Below, piece by piece: positions 17,569 through 25,318 of a stretch of DNA of 64,000 nucleotides. A program made the translations under genes and the position numbers. The notes beneath the pieces were generated by a model. The model saw nothing but the letters and a program-made list of their open reading frames with translations. It searched no databases and was not told where the DNA came from. Location of the stretch: positions 40,732-104,731 of the forward strand of contig CAJTVJ010000001.1 of assembly GCA_910579785.1 (NCBI GenBank), written 5' to 3'. The stretch comes from an uncultured Christensenella sp. (GTDB lineage: Bacteria; Bacillota; Clostridia; Christensenellales; UBA3700). Numbering within the stretch: position 1 is the stretch's first letter; each line of letters begins with the position of its first letter.

Positions 17569-19740
17569 ATGTCAACGACAAAGAAAGTATTAACAATAAT
17601 ATTCAGTATCCTCATAATCGGCGCATTTGCATTTACGCTGACGTGGGGAATCATAAATTGGAGCAAAGTAAAAGACGGTATGTCGGGTAGTGGACTTTAT
17701 ACGCAAGACGACGTGCAAAATGCGTACGAGGACGGCTTTAACAAAGCGCTTTCGGATAAGGAAGAGTATGAGAAACTCATAAACAGTTATAAGGATACAA
17801 TAACCACGCAGACGGATCTAATATCCCAATATACAAGCGAGGCGAATATCCTTAACAATAGTATAAAGGACTATCAAGAGCAGATAAACGGACTTACTGA
17901 GCAAAAGAGCGTTTTGGAGACGCAAGTCGCTACGCTTAATACGATTAAGAGCAATAACGAAGCGACCATATCCGACCTTAACGGACAGATTGCAAGTCTT
18001 GCGAATCAGATATTGGAATTGCAAGCCAATAAGGACGAGAATGAGAATCGTATAGCGCAATTAAACAGTCAAATAGACAATCTGCAATCTCTCAATTCTC
18101 AACTTCAATCTACCAATGAAATGAACTTGCAGACAATATCTGGATTGAATAATCAAATCGCTGCGCTTAACAATCAAATAAGCGAGTTGAAGCATCAAAT
18201 GCAAGAGAACTCTACGACTGTAAATACGCTTACGGCGAAGATAGCGGAACTGCAAAAGTCCGTTAAGTATTACGAAAATTACATAGTGACACTGGAACAA
18301 GGCGACCAAGTAGTTGCGACGTTTGAGTTTGCGGGAAGCGTATACAATATCCAAGTTGTAAACAAGAATAGTTTGTTGGCGGTAACTACGCCGACGTCTA
18401 CGGCTTACGTCATATTCAACGGTTGGACGGTAGACGGACAAGCCATAGACCTTGCAACTTACCGTATTACGCAAAACACTAGAATAGTTGCCAATGTTAC
18501 GTATAAGTACGAAGTCAACTTTATAGTCGAAGGCGAGAATTACGGCAGTCAAATTGTACTCAAAGGAGAGACCGCCAGCATACCTACGCCGCCTATGAAA
18601 TCGGGATACGTATTCGACGGTTGGAGTTTGGATGGCAATATTGTAGACGACATAGAAAATTACGAGATAATGCAGAACGTAACCTTTACCGCAAGATTTA
18701 CTAGATTGTATTCAGTAATTTTCAAGTACGAAGAAACGACGCTTGCAAACAAGACTGTGAGAAGCGGAGAGTATACAACTGCGCCTGAAACGGTATCCAC
18801 TGCATATAAGGTTTTCAAAGGTTGGAAGATAAACGGAACTATGGTGGACGTATCTAAGTACAGAATAACTTCAGACACTGTCTTTGTAGCAGATATTACC
18901 TACAAGTACGACGTTAAGTTTATGGCTGACGGCAAGGTGCATAGCACGCAGATAGTTGAAAAGAATACCAGACCTATTGCGGTAGCGGATCCCAAGAAAG
19001 ATAAGTACGTATTTGTTGGATGGACTTTGGACGGAACAAACGTAGTAGACGTAACCAAACAGACGGTAACGAGCAATATGACGTTTACGGCGTTGTTTAG
19101 GGTAGATAAGTTTACTGTTACGTTTGTGAACGGCACGAATACGATAGCAACGCAAGAGGTAGACAACGGCGGATATGCGACTAAGCCCGACTTTGATTTG
19201 GAGACCTTTATGGGTTGGACAGTAGACGGCAACAACGTCGTAAATCTTTCGACTTATAAGATAACGGAGAATACGACGTTTACTGCAAAGTTTGGAACTT
19301 GGAAACTATTGAGCGACGATCAGCAGTACGTTTACGGATACGGAGACGTCAACAGCATAGATATACAAGTCGATGGATTGAAAGCGGGAGACAAGATAAA
19401 GATAACCGCCAACTACATCAAAGTGAATATTAGTTATGAGAAAAACGCGTATTGGTTTAACTCCGTTGACGGCAATAGTTGTTACGGTTGGGAGTATACG
19501 TATGACGGAAGTTGGTATCAGTTGAGGTATGACGGAGATTATGGCGATTCCGGTGGCAAGGAACTGACAAGCCTTAAACCTTTTGAGTCTACGTTGGGAA
19601 AAGTGGATTACGAAACGCCTAATACGTTCGTACTGAAAGTATATTGCAAGAAAGACGGAGTGCTTACGGTAGAATGGTCGGATGCAGCGGGATTCTATAT
19701 CGAGACTATGACTATGTGGGATTTGTACGTAGTGAGGTAG
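17569..19740 (+). CDS. membrane-anchored coiled-coil protein with Listeria-Bacteroides (Flg_new/InlB-B-like) repeats; adsorption protein (pIII-like) candidate
   Basis: 723 aa. N-terminal TM, then a ~200-aa Q/N/L coiled coil. At least 5 repeats of the type Y.VF.GW..DG..VD...Y.IT.NT.F.A follow, then a Trp/Tyr/Gly-rich C-terminal domain. Confidence 0.6.
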   Translation: MSTTKKVLTIIFSILIIGAFAFTLTWGIINWSKVKDGMSGSGLYTQDDVQNAYEDGFNKALSDKEEYEKLINSYKDTITTQTDLISQYTSEANILNNSIKDYQEQINGLTEQKSVLETQVATLNTIKSNNEATISDLNGQIASLANQILELQANKDENENRIAQLNSQIDNLQSLNSQLQSTNEMNLQTISGLNNQIAALNNQISELKHQMQENSTTVNTLTAKIAELQKSVKYYENYIVTLEQGDQVVATFEFAGSVYNIQVVNKNSLLAVTTPTSTAYVIFNGWTVDGQAIDLATYRITQNTRIVANVTYKYEVNFIVEGENYGSQIVLKGETASIPTPPMKSGYVFDGWSLDGNIVDDIENYEIMQNVTFTARFTRLYSVIFKYEETTLANKTVRSGEYTTAPETVSTAYKVFKGWKINGTMVDVSKYRITSDTVFVADITYKYDVKFMADGKVHSTQIVEKNTRPIAVADPKKDKYVFVGWTLDGTNVVDVTKQTVTSNMTFTALFRVDKFTVTFVNGTNTIATQEVDNGGYATKPDFDLETFMGWTVDGNNVVNLSTYKITENTTFTAKFGTWKLLSDDQQYVYGYGDVNSIDIQVDGLKAGDKIKITANYIKVNISYEKNAYWFNSVDGNSCYGWEYTYDGSWYQLRYDGDYGDSGGKELTSLKPFESTLGKVDYETPNTFVLKVYCKKDGVLTVEWSDAAGFYIETMTMWDLYVVR

Positions 19741-19743
19741 TCA

Positions 19744-20568
19744 ATGATAACAATAATCTTCGCGCCGCCGAGAACCGGGAAGACTTGCTATATGACGCAT
19801 ATAGCAAACGGATACGCGTTTGATAAAGAACGCAACCGCGCTATGGCGAGGGAGATAAATAGCAAGATAAATAGCGGATTCGGTGGAATAAAGACAATAC
19901 CAAAGCATTGCGTATCTTCCAACTACGATATGACGTTCAGTCGGTATAGGTACAGTCCAAGATATAGCCGAAGAATAAATCCGTATAGACTAGGCTTTGC
20001 CAATCCTTTTGTGGAAACGCATTTTAATTTGCCATACGAGGTAATCTGCATAACGGAAGCGCAGAAATACCTCAACAGCAGATTGAGTATGTATTTTCCC
20101 GATTGGCAAAGCAGATGGTACGAACAGCACGGCCACAACGATTTGGATATTTATTTGGATACGCAAAGACCTATGCTGATAGACGTCAACATAAGGGAAC
20201 TGTCGCAGTTTGTAGAGATAGTGAAATTGGATAAGGAATACGACGGATATGGGAGACCTAACAGATTGACTTGGCATACGCGCAGAATAGAGAATAGTTC
20301 TCTTTTTGATAAATATATGTCGAGCGGTAAGCAAGATAGGTCTTGCTATACGGCAGAGAGAGTAACTGCGGACTACAACGTATTCACTTGCTATGACAGC
20401 CAATGTTGCAAGCCCAAGTTTTACGAGGGACATTTCGACAAGGATTTCGATTACTCACTGTCTGAGCCAACCGAGCAGACGTTAGAGGGATATATCCGTT
20501 ATCTGCAAGACAACGACGACGAGTTGCCAGAGAACTACTACCAGAAGAGGGGGAAAATAGCGTGTTGA
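19744..20568 (+). CDS. Zot / pI-like P-loop ATPase (inovirus morphogenesis marker)
   Basis: Walker A IIFAPPRTGKTC. Walker B region VICITEAQKY. The block HGHNDLDIYLDTQRPMLIDVNIRELSQFVEIV resembles the Zot-domain RH.G.D....Q motif. Confidence 0.7.
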   Translation: MITIIFAPPRTGKTCYMTHIANGYAFDKERNRAMAREINSKINSGFGGIKTIPKHCVSSNYDMTFSRYRYSPRYSRRINPYRLGFANPFVETHFNLPYEVICITEAQKYLNSRLSMYFPDWQSRWYEQHGHNDLDIYLDTQRPMLIDVNIRELSQFVEIVKLDKEYDGYGRPNRLTWHTRRIENSSLFDKYMSSGKQDRSCYTAERVTADYNVFTCYDSQCCKPKFYEGHFDKDFDYSLSEPTEQTLEGYIRYLQDNDDELPENYYQKRGKIAC

Positions 20569-20804
20569 ATTACAATAAGAACAAACTAATAAACGAATGT
20601 CTTACAAAGTATTACGAAACCTTTTCGCATACGCTAGACACTGCGGATTACGTTCCAGACAAGTTCAACAACAAGATATTGAACTATATCTATAAGAATA
20701 TGCGTAAGACGTTTAAGCGTATAGACAGAGAAGATAAGAAATACCAAAGGCAATTCATTAAAGAACAGCGTAAAGCAAGAAAATCTAAACGAGGAGGCAA
20801 GTAG
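20562..20804 (+). CDS. small basic hypothetical protein
   Basis: 80 aa, GTG start overlapping the Zot-like stop. C-terminus is KEQRKARKSKRGGK. Confidence 0.4.
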   Translation: MLNYNKNKLINECLTKYYETFSHTLDTADYVPDKFNNKILNYIYKNMRKTFKRIDREDKKYQRQFIKEQRKARKSKRGGK

Positions 20805-20807
20805 CAA

Positions 20808-21824
20808 ATGGCATACGGCGAAACTAAAGTGTATTATGACGGAAGTCATTACATAGCAATACCGCATACGGAGCGCAAGAATAAGCGTCGACGTAAGCGA
20901 GAAGATGAAGAGATAGCCGTAGTCGAGAAGAAAGAAGAAGGAGGCTCCGAAACCCAAAAGGCGACGGAGCCTTTGACTCAACAACAGACTGCGGATAAAG
21001 AAAGCCAAATGGAACAATGCAAGTCTGAGCCTAGCGAACAGTCCACTGTAAGAACGACAACAAAGAAACAGTTATTTGAGGAGTTGTATACCAAGTATAT
21101 AAATTTACGTAAGAGCGAAAGACAAGATATGATCCTCAAAGAAATGCAACTGTATTTCGATAACCAAGAGCAAGCGAAAGAGTACGTGCGTTGGAATATG
21201 GAGAGAAAGTATAGGAATTTGGTATGTCGAAGAGTGCGAATGACGAGAAAAGCAAGACTAGCCAATTTCAATTATTTCTGCACGTTTACTTACGACGAAA
21301 AGAAGCATACAGAGGAGAGTTTTCAAAAACAATTGAAAATATGCTTTCGCAACCTATGTAACCGCAAAGGATGGAAGTATATGGGAGTATGGGAAAAATC
21401 TCCTGAAAAGCAAAGACTGCATTTTCACGGACTATTCAAGATATCTAAAAACGGAATGGTTGGAGAACTGTATGAAAAGACAGATTACAGCACAGTCTTA
21501 CACACTATGCAGACAGTGAATATGAATACATACTTTGAAGAACGTTTTGGACGTAATGATTTCAAGGTATTAAACAACAGATTGCTTGGAGAATCTCTAT
21601 CTTACCTTATGAAGTACATAGAAAAGAGTGGAGAAAAGATAGTGTACAGCAAAGGACTGTACCAATACTTTATCTCTGACATAATGGATGACGACGTAGT
21701 ATCTACAATAGGGCAAGAAGATAAGAAACTATTGCTATACGACGACTTTGAATGTTGGGATGAAGGCTGTCTTATGGGAAAAGTAAGCGATGAGATAATA
21801 TCTCAAATGCGAAAGACAAACTAA
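20808..21824 (+). CDS. rep: HUH rolling-circle replication initiator (Rep)
   Basis: Motif I FCTFTY, motif II LHFHGLF (HUH), motif III YLMKYIEKSG (Y..K). RBS GGAGG. Confidence 0.8.
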   Translation: MAYGETKVYYDGSHYIAIPHTERKNKRRRKREDEEIAVVEKKEEGGSETQKATEPLTQQQTADKESQMEQCKSEPSEQSTVRTTTKKQLFEELYTKYINLRKSERQDMILKEMQLYFDNQEQAKEYVRWNMERKYRNLVCRRVRMTRKARLANFNYFCTFTYDEKKHTEESFQKQLKICFRNLCNRKGWKYMGVWEKSPEKQRLHFHGLFKISKNGMVGELYEKTDYSTVLHTMQTVNMNTYFEERFGRNDFKVLNNRLLGESLSYLMKYIEKSGEKIVYSKGLYQYFISDIMDDDVVSTIGQEDKKLLLYDDFECWDEGCLMGKVSDEIISQMRKTN

Positions 21825-21830
21825 CAAAAA

Positions 21831-21990
21831 TGCGACGGCGTAAAGAAAGCAAGGGGAATGCGGAAAGCCTGCGCGCAGACCCGCTTTCAGCCGTCGCAGA
21901 GTTAGCGTCTTTTCTTGTCGGGTTGGGTCGGTTGCGTGTGCTTGTCTGGCGGAGCGGAGCGACGCCACTCGTATCAAGACAAGCACACGC
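21831..21990. other. GC-rich hairpin cluster; candidate ssDNA origin/packaging region
   Basis: SL1: TGCGACGGC (21831-21839) pairs with GCCGTCGCA (21890-21898), with an inner GAAAGC/GCTTTC stem and a TGCGCGCA palindrome. SL2: GCGTGTGCTTGTCT (21934-21947) pairs with AGACAAGCACACGC (21977-21990), a 14-bp perfect stem. Confidence 0.55.
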
Positions 21991-22132
21991 AATTATCTCA
22001 ACAAGTTAATTATATATGAATGGATTTTAATATATTGTATTAGCAAAATGAGAGATAATAAAATAGAATTTTCTATAATATAAGTAACCGCAATTGAAAA
22101 ATAAATTAATCTCAGAATTATTCTGATAGTTA

Positions 22133-22161
22133 TTGAAGATTTGTTGTAAGTATGGTAGAAT
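22133..22161 (+). promoter_or_regulatory. sigma-A-type promoter for the island sigma factor gene
   Basis: TTGAAG (22133-22138), 17-nt spacer, TAGAAT (22156-22161) with a TGG extended -10. Confidence 0.5.
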
Positions 22162-22199
22162 AGTTTTATAAAATCAGTGTTATGAAATGAGAAACACGA

Positions 22200-22772
22200 A
22201 TGGATAAAGAGACAAAGAAAACTTTAAATGAATTATTGACTAGAATTAGACAAGGAGATACTGATAGCATCTCAAGTCTTTATGAAATTATGTCTCCTAC
22301 TGTACGATATATAGCGTTAAGGTATTTAAAAAATGAAAATGATGCAGATGATTTGGTACAAGATTTTTGGTTAGAAATTAAGAAATACGCAGATGGATTT
22401 CTAATTAATAAAAATGCATTTGGTTACTTGTGTAAAGTTATGAATAGGCTAGCACTAAATAAACTTAAAAAGTTAAATATGCAAATTCAAAATAATATAG
22501 AATTTGTAGATTATTTAAAAATTGAGAATTATCAGACTGACGACACGATGGAAATTGTGGGTCTAAGAAATGATATAAATCATGCTATGTTGAAATTAAC
22601 GCAATTGCAACAGATAATAATTCAAGAAACATATTTTGAAGACAAAACGATTAGACAGATTGCTAAGGATTTAGGTGTTTCCAAAACGCAGGTTGGGAGA
22701 TTGAAAAATGACGCAATAGAAATTTTGAAAAACGAATTGAGTAAAAAAGGTTGGGACAAAAATGATGTTTAG
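22200..22772 (+). CDS. sigma-70 family (ECF/group-4/5-like) RNA polymerase sigma factor
   Basis: 190 aa. Region 2: DADDLVQDFWLEIKKY. Region 4: LTQLQQIIIQETYFEDKTIRQIAKDLGVSKTQVGRLKNDAIEILK. Confidence 0.85.
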   Translation: MDKETKKTLNELLTRIRQGDTDSISSLYEIMSPTVRYIALRYLKNENDADDLVQDFWLEIKKYADGFLINKNAFGYLCKVMNRLALNKLKKLNMQIQNNIEFVDYLKIENYQTDDTMEIVGLRNDINHAMLKLTQLQQIIIQETYFEDKTIRQIAKDLGVSKTQVGRLKNDAIEILKNELSKKGWDKNDV

Positions 22773-22780
22773 ATTGTTTT
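22751..22780 (+). promoter_or_regulatory. island promoter motif copy P0 (degenerate)
   Basis: TTGGGACAA-N13-ATTGTTTT lies inside the 3' end of the sigma gene, about 20 nt before the peptidase start. Confidence 0.4.
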
Positions 22781-22799
22781 ATTTATGGAGGGGAAAATA

Positions 22800-23654
22800 A
22801 TGAATAAAAAAATAAATGTAATTATAATGGTCCTAATTATTGTTGTTTCGTCTTTTTGCATAACAACATTCAGTGGTAACAATAAATGCGAGGTGGCAAC
22901 AGTAATTTCTTATTCAGATGACATACTTTACTCAGAGATAGCTACTCAAAGCGTCGAAACTGAAACGATTAATTATAGTTGGAAAGATACAACAACTTAT
23001 CTAATCAATAGTTCGTTTCCAGATTATTATAATACTAATATATCGTTAAAAAATGCTTGCGCAAACGTGGCAGGAGCAAATATTATAGGGTTTTATGATA
23101 GATATTATGATAATTTGATACCAGATTACACGACGGGAATACAACGTGCCAATGGTTATACATATTATCCTATGATTTTGAACAAAGATAAGAAACAAGC
23201 ATTAATAGATTTATTTTATATATCTATGAAAACTAATACGAAAAATGATGGAACATCGAAGGATGATTGCTTGAATGGATTAAAAAGTTACATTCAGTCA
23301 AAAGGCAAAGAAACAACGTATACGTCTGTTATTATAAATGGAGTATTTAGTTTAGATAAATTTGATGCCAAATTAAGGGAAGGAAATCCAGTGTTGTTGT
23401 TTCTAAGCGGTTACAATATTGTATCGTTGTCTAATTCTGGAAGCGAGGAAATATTAACTAAAAATGTATATGCGGGAAATCATATAGTTGTTGCATACGG
23501 ATATCAAAAGGTTGATTATTATAATTCAAATAATAAACTAATAAAATCTAATACTTATCTATATATTGCAACAGGAATAGAAAGCGTGAGAGGCTATTAT
23601 TTAATAAATAACGGAGGTAATATGGATGCGGCTGAGGCCGTTGCCATAAATTAA
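22800..23654 (+). CDS. secreted clan-CA (C10/C39/papain-like) cysteine peptidase candidate
   Basis: ATG at 22800 behind GGAGGGG. N-terminal signal/anchor segment. Candidate Cys in LKNACANVAGANIIGFYDRYY and candidate His in GNHIVVAYGY. Confidence 0.5.
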   Translation: MNKKINVIIMVLIIVVSSFCITTFSGNNKCEVATVISYSDDILYSEIATQSVETETINYSWKDTTTYLINSSFPDYYNTNISLKNACANVAGANIIGFYDRYYDNLIPDYTTGIQRANGYTYYPMILNKDKKQALIDLFYISMKTNTKNDGTSKDDCLNGLKSYIQSKGKETTYTSVIINGVFSLDKFDAKLREGNPVLLFLSGYNIVSLSNSGSEEILTKNVYAGNHIVVAYGYQKVDYYNSNNKLIKSNTYLYIATGIESVRGYYLINNGGNMDAAEAVAIN

Positions 23655-23655
23655 A

Positions 23656-24315
23656 ATGAGAGATGATAAGTTTAAAGAGTTGATGGAAAAATATGTCGGT
23701 TCCACAAAACGTGGAGAAGATGTTGATTTTCAAAAGCTAAGAAATAGAAACGAAGATAGGATTAAGGAACATAAAGCAATTCCAAGGTATGTTTGGGCAA
23801 TATGCACTGTTATTTTGGTTGCTGTAATTTCCCTATCTATTATACTGCCAATTTCACTAAAGGAAGAAGAAACACCGCAAAATTATTATTGTGATATTTT
23901 GCAGACGGAGAAAACGGAAATAAGTGAAATGGCAATATTGAAAGACGATTATGATTTTTCTTGTTTGTTCCCGACTATAGAATTTATTGATTCGTATATT
24001 TATGCAATGAATAATATAGGAGATAATAAAAAATTTGGAGCGTTTATAGATATTGCAGTATTTGATGAAAATTTTGATCGAATCACTTTCAACATTATAA
24101 AGAATCCCTATGTGTTCATTCAACTTCAATATTATGATGCTTTTACAGATAGAATGCAATGGAGAAATACAATAGTAGGATATAAAGTTAGTGAAAATGA
24201 TAATTATTACTCCTACGAAATGACATTTACGATTGGCAATTATAATTATTTTATAAATTTTGATAGTTTTAGTGAGATGTCAGTAACCGAAGCATTGGAT
24301 ATGATTTATAATTAA
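23656..24315 (+). CDS. single-pass membrane protein (anti-sigma candidate by position and topology only)
   Basis: 219 aa. A ~45-aa charged N-terminus is followed by the TM segment VWAICTVILVAVISLSIILPI and an extracytoplasmic domain. Confidence 0.35.
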   Translation: MRDDKFKELMEKYVGSTKRGEDVDFQKLRNRNEDRIKEHKAIPRYVWAICTVILVAVISLSIILPISLKEEETPQNYYCDILQTEKTEISEMAILKDDYDFSCLFPTIEFIDSYIYAMNNIGDNKKFGAFIDIAVFDENFDRITFNIIKNPYVFIQLQYYDAFTDRMQWRNTIVGYKVSENDNYYSYEMTFTIGNYNYFINFDSFSEMSVTEALDMIYN

Positions 24316-24451
24316 GATGTAAACGGATAAATATAATAAAGAACTATTAAAGAGACGACTATTTAATGCTATGACCCCAAAAAGTTGGACACAACGAAAA
24401 GGGAGTGCATTTCAAAAATAGTTGTCTTTTTTTATAAAATTATGTGGAATT

Positions 24452-24486
24452 ATGGGACAAACCTGTCGTGAAGATTGTTATATAAG
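24452..24486 (+). promoter_or_regulatory. island promoter motif copy P1
   Basis: ATGGGACAA (24452-24460), N13, ATTGTTAT (24474-24481). Upstream of the metzincin/ABC genes. Confidence 0.65.
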
Positions 24487-24622
24487 TAGAAGCGCAAACG
24501 TGAATCGGCTACAAGTAAGAGGTATATTAAATAATTAGTCAAACACTTTTACAATAAATTTAAATTATTGAAATAAAAACCCTTAATTGGGTATTTTATA
24601 AAAAAATTTGGAGGTAAAAACA

Positions 24623-25255
24623 ATGAAACAAACATCAAAAAAACTCTTATTGCTCACAATTTTGATTTTGTGTATGGCAGTATTAGTTTCGTCTCTTTGC
24701 GCTTGTACTGATGCACAAAGAAAAAAGGCCGTGGAAACCTATGGTATGGGGAATGCCTATATGAAGAATGATAATGGGAAAACTGAGCATTTGAGATCAG
24801 GTAGAACTGTTACTTATTATATTCCAACTGGCATATCTGGGGATTATAGAGCTATTTCGGAATATGCATTAGCCAAAGCCAATACTTTAACTAGTTCTAT
24901 TACTATTAATGGAAATGGAACGACTGAAACATTTCGCTTTAGTGTTGAAAATGGAAACATTGAGAAGCATGAAAATGCAAATGCAGTAAATTTTATGTGG
25001 GTTAGTGAGTCTACTGGAGAAGTTACACGTTCAAATATAACATATTCAAAAGCTCATATGGACGGCAAAACATTAGCTTCTAAAAAACATACTGCGTTAC
25101 ATGAAATGGGACATACATTTGGACTCGGTCATATAGAGGCTGATGTTATGAAAGGTTACACAGTTATGATGTCTCCACATCCTGAGTCAAAATATGAATT
25201 GGATGATTTTGCAGAGTTTGATCGCTATAATATTACATGGTATTATGGAGAATAA
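24623..25255 (+). CDS. metzincin-type zinc metalloprotease lipoprotein
   Basis: Signal peptide with lipobox LVSSLCAC. HEMGHTFGLGH matches HExxHxxGxxH, with a downstream Met (VMMSP). Confidence 0.75.
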   Translation: MKQTSKKLLLLTILILCMAVLVSSLCACTDAQRKKAVETYGMGNAYMKNDNGKTEHLRSGRTVTYYIPTGISGDYRAISEYALAKANTLTSSITINGNGTTETFRFSVENGNIEKHENANAVNFMWVSESTGEVTRSNITYSKAHMDGKTLASKKHTALHEMGHTFGLGHIEADVMKGYTVMMSPHPESKYELDDFAEFDRYNITWYYGE

Positions 25256-25273
25256 CCTAAACTAAAACATTTC

Positions 25274-25305
25274 ATATAAATGCGGGAAAAATCTCGCATT
25301 TATAT
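25274..25305 (+). terminator. 11-bp hairpin between the metalloprotease and ABC genes (attenuator/terminator candidate, no T-run)
   Basis: ATATAAATGCG-ggaaaaatct-CGCATTTATAT. Confidence 0.35.
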
Positions 25306-25318
25306 GAAAAGGAGAAAT

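Larger units (their letters stand above)
12822..21990 (+). mobile_element. inovirus-like integrated element (regulators, coat-like ORF, anchored proteins, Zot ATPase, HUH Rep, hairpin origin); the left boundary is uncertain and may extend to the recombinase at 8091
   Basis: All genes are co-directional and tightly packed. The Zot plus HUH-Rep combination is the hallmark of Tubulavirales. The element ends at an abrupt composition change at ~21990. Confidence 0.6.
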
